In this document: positions 25,424 through 37,794 of the stretch, in pieces | How the letters are laid out: the number at the start of each line of letters is the position of its first letter | How positions within the stretch are numbered: the stretch's first letter is position 1 | From: Nemertoderma westbladi | Taxonomy: Eukaryota > Animalia > Xenacoelomorpha | Direction of reading: 5' to 3' | DNA length: 64,000 bases | Assembly (NCBI GenBank): GCA_032718475.1 | Contig: JAUCBJ010001606.1 | Coordinates: forward strand, 1 to 64,000 | Position numbers and translations under genes: made by a program | Notes under the pieces: model-generated | Database searches by the model: none | Seen by the model: the letters and a program-made list of their open reading frames with translations, nothing else | Told to the model about the DNA's origin: nothing

Positions 25424-26370
25424 TCAGCCATATTGCGTGGCGATTTCGTTGCCACGCAGCCCGGCTCCATCGCCGAAACCTAGACCCCGCCAAGATCGCC
25501 GTCCTCCGCGGAGACACAGGGAGCTAGACCGGAGAAGGGCGAATCGAAGGCGCCGTCTCACTCCACCCAGGACACTTGCGAGGCCCCTCTCGCGCATGCT
25601 GTCACGTTTAGCCACCAAGACCTCGGCAATGTGGCGTATCAAGATCTGGGCCTCTTGGCACCAGACACCATTGGTTGTTCCTACGAGGGGGGAGAAGGAC
25701 ATCCTCCTTTCCTAGCAGACTCTATGGTAGTGGCGCTTTTTAAAGCGACACCGTTCATCCAGCAGAGATTCGGTGGATCGGTTGTTGTGGACATAGGAGG
25801 GGGCGTCAGCGTGAATGACCGCGAAGTCAAACGACGCCACCCTCTGTGGTGTCCATATTCCCCTCGCCACCAAGTCTGCCCGAACTCCCCCAACTTCGAT
25901 CCCGGCGCTGTCTAGGTGGCCACGTGATAGGGTTATCTCCCGCTCTACACCCGATGGACCAATGGCAGACGAAAGAAGTTCACCAACACTTCTCGAACCT
26001 CATCATGTCGTTTCACGATGAGCCCGCCTGACTTACAGCTCAGAGCGTGGGTTGTAGAAAACTCTCCTCCACAACCCTCACACCTTGCTGGAAGCCCGGG
26101 GGGAACCAGGCCGTAACGTAGCGCGAGATTGTCCCGGAAATCCTCAGCGCTGAGGTCTGTGTGATCGATAATCGAAGGCTGGGCAGTCAACCAACCCCCT
26201 GTACGGTTGTGCACCATGGGTAGTCTAGCGATGGCAGATTGCCGTTTTTCAGTGAACACAGCATCGGTTACGCGAGTTCTTGAGTGCCTCTTTTAGTTTG
26301 ATGGTATGGTCTGCAACTTGCAGAGTCGAATTTGAGAGGATATAGCATTGGTCACCAATGAGGTTCCCAG
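25424..26370 (-). mobile_element. Frameshifted 3' fragment of a CRE-like non-LTR retrotransposon (CCHC plus restriction-like endonuclease)
   Basis: CEGCGGEFSTTHALSCKSGGLIVKRHDEVREVL, RADLVARGIW, SFSPLVGTTNGVW, RLRFALLRSSSLCLRG. Confidence 0.75.
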
Positions 26371-27799
26371 ATTTATTTAATCATTATCATGAGTAATTAA
26401 TAGTAATTAATTAATATTTAACGTGGTTTATATTTTAAATAAAATATAATCCTATTAGAAACAGACGTAAAGATAAACAATAAACATACAAATAACACAA
26501 AATAATTAGACTCTTAATTAAACAGTTTACTAAATCTGCACAGCTGCTCCCAGATAACCGCAACCAATCGACAATTATAAAATACAACTTTTTAACTAAA
26601 GAATCCAGATGGGGGGAAAACTGGACGCAATAAAAATTCATCCCTCTCCAGGGGAAATAGGACGCAAATAACAGCTGTATACGAGCAAAAATAAAACTGT
26701 AACTTGTTCTATTGTGTTTAGTTTATTGTTTTGGTTAAAATAACGTGACACTGTAACCTGCTCCTTTCCCTAAATTGAGAATTGAACATTGAGGCGGGAT
26801 ATTAATTCGCCAAGGCGGGTTTTACGTCGAGTTTCCCCCCCCCCCCCCCCCCCCTGTCTCAAAGAATCTATTCTCGTTTAACAATAGAGTTCATTATTTA
26901 ATAGACAATATTTTCTCCCAGTGACAGGGGGTGAGACACGCAAATCCCTACTGGGGCAGGTTACTGAGGCACGTTTTATTCTAACCAAAACAATAAACAA
27001 TAGAACAGATTACAGCACAGTTGTATTTCTTCGATTAATCACCTGTAATTTGATTAGATTTTCCCCTGAAGAGGAATGGATTATTATTGCATCGCATACC
27101 CCCTATCTGTTTCACCTCTGAGATGAAAGGATTTATAAATTAGAAAAGTAATTCTATTAGTAAATGATAATTGAATAATATAATTCAAAAATTCAGAAAC
27201 TATGTGTAACAATACAATATATGTTACAAACACACAACAATGGATGGTAGACGAATTAATAATTAACTAATTAAAAACAAAAGCACTAAAGTATTTCAAT
27301 AAAGCTTAACGTTTAATTTTTAACATTACCGTATTTATATTCTCCCACAATTTCTAAATTTTTTCCCTGTATGTTGAGTTTTAATCTCATTTTTATTTTA
27401 CAGACAAAGTAAGGAATAGGTTAAATTCGGTCAGTTTAACTGAAGATTAAATGTTCGTCTTTCCAATACTTTTTTCATTCTATAACTTTACTTCATTTAA
27501 TTTCACTTGTTTTTCTATGGAGCCGGTAGTTTCGCTATGTAAACCTGCCTTGTGCCGCTCTGCTTATTTACGTAAACCATAACTTATTTTACATTTTACA
27601 TGAGTGAGTGTACTGTAAGTCCTGTACTGTAAATCCATACAGTAGGGCTACTGTAGGCCTAGTCAGATAGTTAAATGGAATCAGCTTTCACAACTTTATC
27701 CATGGTGCTGATGACAGTTATTCGTTATAGCCGAATGCAAAATCCATTTCAATTATACAACCATCGATTGTCGATATAAATCTTGGACATACAGTAGAA

Positions 27800-29402
27800 A
27801 CACGTTCGTGGGGCCTTCGCGCAGCACGAGGCCCAGTTATGAGATACAAATTAAAATTGTGCTACTGTATCACAAAATCAGGTTATGAGAGATTAACCCA
27901 CACCACCAATTAATCAAAGAAAGGGGGACAGTACGTGTTCACCCCTTTTAATCTGCCCCCCCCCCCCTCCCCCCACCCACCAATACATAACCGCGACATC
28001 TACCACCCACGGAAGGGTAGCACGAACTTATTTCCAAACGCACGTTCAATATGCAAAGCCAGGTGGTTTATAGGAATATAATCAATGCAGTACTCGTCTT
28101 CATTATAAGCCTCTTTGCGTTCGACCTGTTTTGTATTAAAATATATTTATTAAACGCAGGCTGACGCTCTTTATAATAATAATACCTAGGGATGCCAGCT
28201 TCCAGACTTTCAATCTTTACTGCCGCGCAAACCCCGCAGAGGAAGTTTTGGTTTGAGAGATCAAGCCCATCGGCAATTGGTGTTTCAATTTCGGTCCAGG
28301 AACTCTGACAATGGGAGCATTCAATCTTAGCTGTGGTCCATTCCCGTGGTTTCGGCTTCCTTTTCTTCGTCCCTATGACAGATTCTTCTGAAGACGTTCG
28401 ATTCGCTTTCAGTTTATTGTTGGCGTTTGTGTTTTGAAGTTGTATTCGAGTGGACAGTCGCGCCGGTTTCGAGGTAACCATACCGACCTGTGATAAGCGT
28501 TGGTTTTGTTGAGTGCCGGTATTCATCTTCTCTCACCTCTTCAATGTCAGATGTTGCAAATACTGATAACACGAATAACGGTATATATTTCAATACTTGT
28601 CAATAGTAATATATATATAATTTAGATAACTATTTCATATCTGTACTGTTGAGCAAACTCTACATAAATTCCAACCTGTGTATCGCCGGTAGTGCTGTTG
28701 CTGTGCAAGTGCTGAAGTGCTTGTTGCCACCGGTCAGCCGGTACCGGTAGTAGGATGGTACCTACGGTGCGCACTACAACGGCAGTACAGCAATACGGTG
28801 TACCGTGCCAATGACTGAATGATTAGCGGTAACTATCTAAACTATTATATTATTATTACCGGTGCCGGTACTGGGCTAATTAGGCCTAAACTATAATCAC
28901 CGCAAGGGTTGCCGGGGCCATGTTTAATTAGATTACATGATATGGCATGTCTGCAGTGTATGGTACCGGCTGACCAGTATTGCAGTATTGACTGATTGCA
29001 GGATTCTCGATTCAGGGATTGAGTACAGCCTGACAGTACCGGTACACATGGTACATGCAGATTGGCAGACAGCCCCAATGTATTGCAAAATTTGTCAGAA
29101 ACCCAGCTGATTTATCCTACAGTAATAATAATTTAACGCATTTTAAATTTGGATAAATAAATTTATTATAACTGCAATAACAGTTGCACTGATGCTGCAC
29201 GAAGGCCCCACGCAAATTCTACTTGGAAAATTTTCAAACTTTTGCCAAACAACATGTGTACCAAGTTTGGATTTATTTCATCAAGGATTGGCCGAGTTAT
29301 TAACGTTTAAAATAAAATACTGAAAAAAAACGCGACAGAACGACAGGTTGATTAATGGTACCCCTACGCTAAGGCTCACTCACTTCGTGGCTCGCCCCAC
29401 AT
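27800..29402 (-). mobile_element. Second copy of the 19338-19850 repeat family, interrupted by insertions
   Basis: Both termini and the internal ACATGTGTACCAAGTTTGGATT (~29252) match the 19.3-19.9 kb copy in reverse. Confidence 0.55.
28190..28526 (-). pseudogene. Probable 5' fragment of a CR1/L2-group LINE ORF1 (zinc-binding CxxC...FLCGVC)
   Basis: IECSHCQSSW...QNFLCGVCAAVKIESLE resembles QFYCGQCSARHISRL in the LINE ORF1 at ~51.4 kb. Confidence 0.4.
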
Positions 29403-31205
29403 GTTTGGTGTGTCGTTGTCGATAATGTTCCTCCAGCCACTCCAAAAAGATAGCGATTTCATCAGCAATGATTGACAGAATTAAGATCGAATTCGAAGCT
29501 CAAAGTAGCTCACTAGCGCAACAAGAATGAACAAAGTGGAAGTTCAATATTAATAAAAAAATGTACGGTAACAGCAGCCAGGCAGCTGAATACGGTAAGT
29601 TAACTGCATCTTCAGACTCATAGGCCTTACTTACACCTAAATCTTCTGTTTGATGCTGTAAATGTAAAGTAACTTTTGGTGATGTAAATGAACTTTTCAT
29701 GGTGTACCGTAAATTAACTTTTTGTGGTGTAAGTATACTTTTCATGATTTAAATTATCTTTTTATTTTGTAAATTAACTTTTAATGATGTAAATTAATTT
29801 TTCAGGGTTTAAATTATTTTTTTGAGAGTGAAAATTAACTTTTAATAGCAGTGGCGTAGCCAGGATTCTGGGAAGGAGGGGTTGAAAGTTGTGTATACTG
29901 TAATGCAAGCGAGAGAAATTCGCGAGCGAAGCGAATCGAAACATTTTGTGAGTTTTTTAATGTTTGAAATGTTACTCTGCATACGGTACCGTTATGTATT
30001 TATTGAGGGGCTGTTCATAAATTACGTCACGGTCAATATCGGGGAGATTGTGACAATCCCTGTGAGCAGTGCAGATAGTGGTGCACTTTGATTGCAAGTG
30101 AAAAATATAATCTTCAATGAATTAACGTTTTTTACTCACTAGAAACCAAGGCGTGTATTTAGGTCGCCTTGCTAGGAACATATTTGGTGTTTGCTGTCAT
30201 TTCACGCCATTAACTGGAACAGTGACATATGGCGGGGGGTGGTGGTATAGTCCTACGTACTGACGTGTACGTACATGACGGATGACGTCATAATTTTCTA
30301 TAAAATATATCACATTATAGTTGTGAAGTGGATGAAAAATAAAATAAACCGAAACACAGGATATTATTAATTTTTTGGCTTTATACCTTTAGCTGATCAA
30401 GAGTTGAGACAATTAAAAACATGTTTGAAAAGTCAAGGCGTTTTTGTGGAGATCAATCCTGTATTACAATCCTTTAGAAGTGTTGTTGTTTGTTATTGTG
30501 GATTATTACTGTATGCTACCGATTTATGACATACGAAAGTCCTCACGATAATATAAGTTTGTTTCCTAATTCCATAACGGAGGTTAGTGGGTTGATATTA
30601 TGAGACATAAATCAGCGGCTAATTAAATTCTGTGTGTGCGTGTGTGTTTGTGTGGCAATTGTTTGGTTTATTCCATAACACTATTGTATTGCTCAACTAG
30701 TAGTATTTCATTGATTGCTCAACTAGTAGTATTTCATTGATCACAACAAATTGTAGGCAAACTTGGAACACCCGGTTTTTTACGACTATTTTCGGATAAA
30801 CTATCCGGGCAATAAAGCGCTAACAGGCAGACCCAGGCAAACCCTGGGATATAAAACCATTAATAAAGGAACAGGCTGTGAGATTGCTGGGAATAACAAC
30901 AACGTTCACAACTTCCCACCAAGATTCAATAGTTAGTTACTTTTGGATTTGTTTTAATATTTTGTAATTAAAGATTTTCACCTACTCCGGGTGAAGTTCC
31001 TTTCCAACCAATATATTACTGTTTCGTTGGGAAAATGAATCCTGGGGAAACATCGCATGGGGCGATTAAAAACGAATCGCAGCGATCAGAATAACAACAA
31101 CTAGCAGAACAAGCTGACGCAAAACTTTAATCGTAAATTGAAACGTAAATTGTAATTAAAATGTACTGGTAATACATCAACAATTTATATTCAGTTATTA
31201 TAAGT

Positions 31206-32096
31206 TTAAATTTGTTTAACTTTAAGGGAAAAATCAATACAAGAATATCCTTGAGTGAGACAACTCATAGAAATAACGCTAATATCGTTTCCTAGGAAGC
31301 ATTCGAAATTTCTATGATTAATTCCTCCGCTAGCCTCCATGGTTACCAGAGGATATGCTCTCTTCATCTTTGTAGCGAGTTCACAACATTCCTTCGCCTC
31401 AAAGTTATCATACATAACAACATCGGCCCCCGAGCGGCACGCAGTTTCTGCATCGTTTTCGCTCCGACACTCAACCTCAACTTTAACACTAAATCCCGAG
31501 GCCTTACGGACAACCTCCACAGCAGAAGAGATGTCTCCACCCGCAGCATCGATATGATTATCTTTGAGCATCGCCATTGAACTCAGTCCGTACCTATGAC
31601 TGTCCCCACCGCCAACCATTACGCTGTACTTCTCACACAAACGGAACCCGGGTGTAGTTTTCCGAGTACACGCAATACTTCCCTTCCAACCTGCCGCGGC
31701 GGCTTTACTAACAAAATAATTTACTCCGGTTGCAATGCCACTACAACGACTCAAACAATTCAAAGCATTCCGCTCACCTCGGAGGATGTTTACAACCGGC
31801 CCAGTAACTGTTGCTACAACTACCTTGCGAAAAGGAACATCCTCACTGGTAATTCGGCAACCTTCAGGAAACAACCAGTTTATCGAGCAACCGACTTCCT
31901 TAAAAACTCCATCAACAAATGGGATTCCACAAAGAACACATTCCCCTTTACAGAACAACTCGAATGTGCTGATCTCGTTCGAACTGAATACTACCGAGGC
32001 GTAATCAAACGATGGTAAATCTTCGTCAAGCCAATTCTGCACCAATCCGCGTATCTTGTGAGCTGGTAATATGGAGGAAAGATTTTCATGTGGCAT
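31206..32096 (-). CDS. QPRT: Quinolinate phosphoribosyltransferase (nicotinate-nucleotide pyrophosphorylase), single ORF
   Basis: WLDED, GERNALNCLSRCSGIAT, TRKTTPGFRLCEKYS, HR..LSSMAMLKDNHI, KVEVEC, DVVMYDNF, EASGGI, IDFSLK. Full length at 296 aa. Confidence 0.96.
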   Translation of the reverse strand: MPHENLSSILPAHKIRGLVQNWLDEDLPSFDYASVVFSSNEISTFELFCKGECVLCGIPFVDGVFKEVGCSINWLFPEGCRITSEDVPFRKVVVATVTGPVVNILRGERNALNCLSRCSGIATGVNYFVSKAAAAGWKGSIACTRKTTPGFRLCEKYSVMVGGGDSHRYGLSSMAMLKDNHIDAAGGDISSAVEVVRKASGFSVKVEVECRSENDAETACRSGADVVMYDNFEAKECCELATKMKRAYPLVTMEASGGINHRNFECFLGNDISVISMSCLTQGYSCIDFSLKVKQI

Positions 32097-33368
32097 AACT
32101 ACTGCAGGGAGAGATAATAGGGTTGTGCAAGAAGCTATATATTTAATAACGAATAAGTGGGGCCGGGTAGTTTACTTATAAAATGTTATAAAATAGATAA
32201 CAAAACCACCTATACCGGTACTACATTCTAAAATTCAAATTTCCCTCTAACAGACTTCCAGTTACTTTTGCCGGTCGCTACTAAGCAACCGAGATGCTAC
32301 TTTTTACACTGTTTTGGGTTTACATTACACCGATGGTATGTAGCCAAGTCCGTGGGGTGTGGGTACGGCACACGTTGTGAGAACTAAGAATACGGCCCTT
32401 GTTTGTGCATGTGCGTGCAGTGTACTGTACTGTACCAGTGAAGCTGGCATATCACACGTTAGGGCGTGGGTGGTTGTGGTTAACCTTAATGTTATTGTGC
32501 GTTATTCGGGTGGAGCGTGGAGTGATCGGTTGGTCGGTGTTAAATAAACCATGGTGTAACTAACATATGACGTGGTTTATACCTTTGTTGTAATAGCCTG
32601 TCGCGTAAAGGTGTGTTGTTTGGCTTCATGCTATCACGCCTTTATTAGGATGAGGATGTGGTTAAAAATAAAAAAATGTTATGCGATTTGATGTGAAATT
32701 TATCCAATAATAAAAGTATTACAATTTATAAACTCGTGTACCACTTTACAGCCTGCAGGTATGAATTTCTCAAATTTTATGATAGGAGATAATAGAGCAT
32801 CAGAATAAAACAAACTTAGACTCTAAATTTAACATTATTTCACTGTAAGTGGGAATAGCCTGTGAATGTGATATGTTGTCGTGCAAAATAACGATTCGAT
32901 GTTAATACTAACATTTAAGTTATAAACTTGGAATGAAACATTAAATTGAAACTGAAAGCGAATGAAAATAATGCAGCCGTCATCCGCAATTATAGTCATC
33001 CACGGTGTAGTTAGTTTCCTTAGCAACCTAATATACAAACGCAAAGATAATACTTGGGCATGAGTTACTGAAGGAATTTTTTAACACTAAACATTTAGAT
33101 CTCAAATATTCTAAATCATCATGATATTATTTGGTTTGCTATCTAACTAAATCTGTTCGTAGAATATTCAGTAGAATATTCATATTCATGTAGAATATTC
33201 ATAAGCCTATAAAATAATATTTTTAATAAAATAATATTTTTAATAAAATAATAACACTTTCTTCTTCTTTATTTATTATTCAAATATACATTGTATATTT
33301 ATATTTTTTTTGTATTTATTATATTATATTGTATTTTAACCTCCTAATTATCACAAAACTATCGACAT

Positions 33369-35387
33369 TCACATCTTCGAAACAGTTCGAATTCCGAGAA
33401 TATCGAAACAGGATTGCATCACCCGGGCCGTTGCCTCGCATAGAAGTAGTCGGTGTTTGTGAACAGCAACAACAGTCCCTTGTTTATCGCGCTCGACACA
33501 ATAACACCCATCGTAGAACTCGGTGAACACGTTAGAAAGTTCGTACAGATAATCACAAACAACGTGAATGTGTAGGTCCCTAGCGGCGGCTGAAATAACT
33601 TCTGGGAAGACGGAAAGTTTACGAGCCAACTTCAGTTCCTTAGGATGTTCAAGCCGGACGGAATCATTCCGAATAGAATCCGCAATAGAAACTCCAGATT
33701 TACGGATTATCGATCGAATTCTAGTCAACGCGTAGAGCAAATAGGCGGCTGTGTTACCGCGATCGTCCAGCATTTTATCGAAAGAGAAAACGTAGTCGTT
33801 GGTTCTGTTGTGGCTGAGATCTGCGTACTTCACGCAACCGTAAGCCACCGCCTCCTGAGCCGCTAACAACTCATCCACGCTGAGCTCATTGTCCCTCCCC
33901 TTCTCCCTGAGGTTACTTCCACTCCTTCTACAACCCTCATCCAGCAGATCGTTCAACCGAACAGTCTCCCCCGATCGCGTCTTAAACTTCTTCTTATCCT
34001 CCCCGAGGACAACCCCGAACCCCACGTGGTCCACCCTCACCCCGCCACCCAACCAACCAGCATCCTTAGCTCCCGCGAACACCGTCTCTATATGCAGACT
34101 CTGCCCGCTGTCTATCACATAGATCAACCAATCACCGCGCTCTTCCTTTACCCGATGTCGCACTGCTGCCATATCCGAGGTATCGTAAGTGAACCCGCCG
34201 TCCGACTTTACGATCGTCAAGGGAACGCCCCCACGACTAGTAAACATAACTTTCCGACCTTCGTCTTCCTTAAGGAACCCGCCCTCTTCTAAATCCTTTA
34301 CTACATCGATCATAAGGTCCTGGTAGAAGGACTCACCTCGTTCTACAATATCGATATCCAATCGACGATATATCTTATCGATATCCTTTCGAGAAATATC
34401 GCATATCGTCTTCCATGCTTTTAAGACTTCCGGATCTTTTTTCTGCAGACACACTACTAGTTTATACGCCTTCTTCTTAAATTCCTCTTCGTTATCAAAG
34501 CGACTCTTGGACTGCTTGTAGAAGGCCTGTAGGTCCGCTATACAGGGCATCTCCACAGCATACTGCGGGTACATATCTTCGAGTTGGGCTATCAGCATCC
34601 CGAACTGTGTGCCCCAGTCGCCCACGTGGTTGAGTCGGAGGGTCTCATGTCCCAGGAACTCCATCAGTCTGCACAGACTGTCCCCGAGAATCGTGGATCT
34701 AAGATGGCCCACGTGCATCTCCTTCGCTATATTGGGGCTCGAGAAATCCACAATGACGCGCTGACGTGGACCCACTTCCGGTGGCTTTACTCCGACGTTA
34801 AGAATATTCTCGACGACTCGAATAATAACCGATTTATTAATAAAAACGTTGATAAAACCGGGACCAGCAACCTCTAACTTCTCCACTAATTCATTATTAG
34901 GGAATTTTTTTACTATCGTATCAGCGACCTCCTTAGGCGACACTTTAATTCCCTCCAGTTTGAGTAGCTTAGATATCGCCATAGAGCTATCGAATTGATA
35001 GTCACCGAACTTTTCCTGGCTACTAACGTGAACATTTAGGTCTGCCGAGGAACAAGATGGAAAACTTTTATATACAGAAATCCGAAATATATCAGTCAGA
35101 TTCCCACAAATGTTAATCATATAATTATTGCCTTGTTTATTTACGGCCATCGCCTTTTGTTTTTCAATGGCGCGTTTAAGAATATTAACACGGTATTCTA
35201 GTTTTTGGTTTTCAATCTTCAAAGCCTCGATTTCGGGATTACTAGCAATGATGTCGTCGACGAATCCCTTGGATAGATTCTCCACTTTGTCGTTGAGATG
35301 CGCCACAAGATCGGCTTGTTTTGCGGTGTCAGCAGCCAGTTTATTTAGCTTTAGTGAAGCACTATTGATAGGACAAACGCCTTCCAT
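33369..35387 (-). CDS. RARS1: Cytoplasmic arginyl-tRNA synthetase, single ORF
   Basis: VDFSSPNIAKEMHVGHLRST (HIGH motif), NHVGDWGTQFG, KSDGGFTYDTSD, KKFKTRSG, GNTAAYLLYA. Metazoan N-terminal leucine zipper ENQKLEYRVNILKRA. 672 aa. Confidence 0.97.
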   Translation of the reverse strand: MEGVCPINSASLKLNKLAADTAKQADLVAHLNDKVENLSKGFVDDIIASNPEIEALKIENQKLEYRVNILKRAIEKQKAMAVNKQGNNYMINICGNLTDIFRISVYKSFPSCSSADLNVHVSSQEKFGDYQFDSSMAISKLLKLEGIKVSPKEVADTIVKKFPNNELVEKLEVAGPGFINVFINKSVIIRVVENILNVGVKPPEVGPRQRVIVDFSSPNIAKEMHVGHLRSTILGDSLCRLMEFLGHETLRLNHVGDWGTQFGMLIAQLEDMYPQYAVEMPCIADLQAFYKQSKSRFDNEEEFKKKAYKLVVCLQKKDPEVLKAWKTICDISRKDIDKIYRRLDIDIVERGESFYQDLMIDVVKDLEEGGFLKEDEGRKVMFTSRGGVPLTIVKSDGGFTYDTSDMAAVRHRVKEERGDWLIYVIDSGQSLHIETVFAGAKDAGWLGGGVRVDHVGFGVVLGEDKKKFKTRSGETVRLNDLLDEGCRRSGSNLREKGRDNELSVDELLAAQEAVAYGCVKYADLSHNRTNDYVFSFDKMLDDRGNTAAYLLYALTRIRSIIRKSGVSIADSIRNDSVRLEHPKELKLARKLSVFPEVISAAARDLHIHVVCDYLYELSNVFTEFYDGCYCVERDKQGTVVAVHKHRLLLCEATARVMQSCFDILGIRTVSKM

Positions 35388-35525
35388 AGTTCCTAATTTC
35401 CGAATCTGTTGGTTCTGGCTGGAGTGTTAAAACTAAATACTGAAATAGGATGTACCGGTACACTACAGCACTACGTACAAAGGCTCGCCTACACAGCATA
35501 CATCGACAATAACAATAACAATAAC

Positions 35526-36260
35526 AGAGATAGTTTCACCTCCCTCTCCCTCCATGGGTGAGCCAGAATTTTTTTATTTTTGCTTTCAATCTTTAGCTAC
35601 AAGTGTTTGAAAAAGGATATTATATATTTCACAGGTTACAGTGCAATCATTCTTCAACCTTATAGTGATTTGATGGTACCAATAGAAAGCTGCTCATGCA
35701 AGGATTCCATATAATGTAAAAACATTTGAATTTGGTTTGAAAATAGCTGAGATATTGGCGTTCGAATTTTGCATGTATTTGATTCCCCTGCAGGCCATTT
35801 ATTCTATGTAATAAATGTACCATATTCTAGAACATTTTGTTTATTCCATACGTAGCTGCGGGCAACAATGCAATACCTCTTTAATTATACTATTACGTAG
35901 CCTATTATTATAAATGTTCTAAACAAAATAAACAAAAATAAACAAAATGTTCTAGAATATGGTATTTTTATTTAATAGAATAAAATAGTCTCATGCAGAT
36001 GCAAAACCATGCAACCTTTGAACGCTCATATCTCAGCTATTTTTCAACGAAATTCAGATTTTGTTACATATTTGGAATCCTTTCATGACCAGCTTTCCAT
36101 CAGTACCAACAAAGTAATATAATAGGGTTGAAGAATAACTGGAGTGTAACTGGTGAAATATCGCCGGAGACACCTTTTTAAACGCTTGTAGCTAAAGATT
36201 GAAAGTAAAAATAAAAATTCTGGCTCACCCATGGAGGAGGATGGAGGTGGAACTATCTCT
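35526..36260. mobile_element. Long palindromic MITE (arms ~320 bp) just upstream of ArgRS
   Basis: AGAGATAGTTTCACCTCC..CCATGGGTGAGCCAGAATTT is inverted relative to AAATTCTGGCTCACCCATGG..GGAGGTGGAACTATCTCT. Inner ends TCTAGAACATTTTGTTTATT / AATAAACAAAATGTTCTAGA. Confidence 0.85.
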
Positions 36261-37204
36261 ATTTCAAATTTCAGGTAATCTCATTAAGATTTGTAGAAAA
36301 AAATTTTTTTGGGGGGGGGGGGGGGGGGGGGCACGTCTTGAATAACGACACTATATTCCAAGACATGATGTAACATATTACTCTCTATTTGTAAATAATC
36401 TAAATTTTTTAATTTTAATTTTTTTTTACAATATGAGATTATTCGGTAAATATTTTTATTTTTTAAATAATCCACTGCCAATTCAATATTTTTATTTCTC
36501 TCTAAATACTTAATGGTTCCTACAGTTTGATACTAGTGTAAATAATTATTATATTTGTGCCAGTGTTCATTTTTATCCTCTATAATTTATAATCTACTCC
36601 CCGATATGAGATCTACTGTATTTATTATTTACTTTTATTTGAAAAATCCGTGTTTTCTTACTACAGTAATATATTTTTAAAAAATTGAATTATCAGACAA
36701 AAACAGACATACTAACTACATACTGTATATTAATTTAATTTGTTATCTTACTTATAGACTTATTACAACAATAACATTTTCATCACATAGCGAGGACCCC
36801 CATGGAAACGAGACGCAGTCTCATGGAATATCTGATTGAAGGTCTTTCCATTGGCTGTTTGGTACTTTTGTTGTTCTGTTAACTATTTTATTATGTTATC
36901 GTTATTGTTCATATTTTAATTGCGTAAATTTTAGCTGATTTGACGTCTAATAAAAAATTACAATTGCAATTCCAATGTTCCAGTAAAAATGATATGTCAA
37001 TAAAATGATAAGTTAATTACATCATGTATATCATGGTGCATCAAAATGACGTGCGAGGAAATGCCTCTTAAGGTACAGTATAATCTTATTTTCAAGAGGG
37101 TCCTCCAAACCTATTTAGTTAGTTAAGTAGTTAGTAAGATCTTTAGTAAAGAATTAGTTGACTAATAAGCTGTTTGAAAGGACGATTTTCCTGACTGTAG
37201 GCCT

Positions 37205-37350
37205 ACGACCTTTTAACAAGTGTTTGTTTAGGGCATGTTTAAAGGACTCAAGTGTAGTCTCGAGTTTTAGCGATGATGGTAATTCGTTCCAGTATTTCGG
37301 TCCCAGATACGAGAAAGACTTGCGACCGATAGCTGTGCGTTTGTGGGGGG
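37205..37350 (-). mobile_element. 3' tip of a CR1/L2-group LINE ORF2
   Basis: GRKSFSYLGPKYWNELPSSLK...SFKHALNKHL is the typical C-terminal motif (compare GKRAFSVAAPTIWNKLP in the LINE at 47 kb). Confidence 0.7.
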
Positions 37351-37794
37351 CTGTTACCACGCAGGTTATTGGATCATATGTTGTGTTGTGAGAATGTGAG
37401 TCGCTGAATGACTCATTGTCGCTGAAGTACAGTATGAAGGCGCCAGTCGTCATTTTATTTTAAACATTTGAGTTACGACTATTTGTAGGTATAGTTAAAT
37501 GTAGTCAAGGACTTCAGTAGTCCTTGGTTATACTGTAGTATAGGTAGGTCGTAGGTACAGTACAGTGCGGCTAAATATAGTAGAAGGTAGAGATACGTTG
37601 TTGTTCCACATAAAAAAGTAGCTACCGACTGCAACTACAGTATTATACAGTAGTTAGTTGTAACATTATGGAGCTCCGCGCTAATGGCGTTGAAATATAA
37701 TTATTTTAAACACATGACCCCCAGAAAGTATGTGAAATTCAATGCAACAGATTTAACCACTCAGTAATCCACTTATTGAAATACAGTATATAGT

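Larger units (their letters stand above)
23245..26753. mobile_element. Tc1/mariner-type non-autonomous element (TA TSD, ~150-bp TIRs) enclosing a satellite and a retroelement fragment
   Basis: TA-CAGTGGCACGTTATTTTAACCAAAACAATAAACTAAACAC... and ...GTGTTTAGTTTATTGTTTTGGTTAAAATAACGTGACACTG-TA. Arms ~23245-23393 and ~26606-26753. Confidence 0.82.

Noticed and set aside
31206-35387. Bacterial origin (HGT or contamination) of intronless QPRT and ArgRS
   Set aside because: ArgRS has the metazoan N-terminal zipper and a eukaryotic cytoplasmic-type sequence, QPRT looks eukaryote-like, and the flanks carry the same MITE families as the rest of the window.
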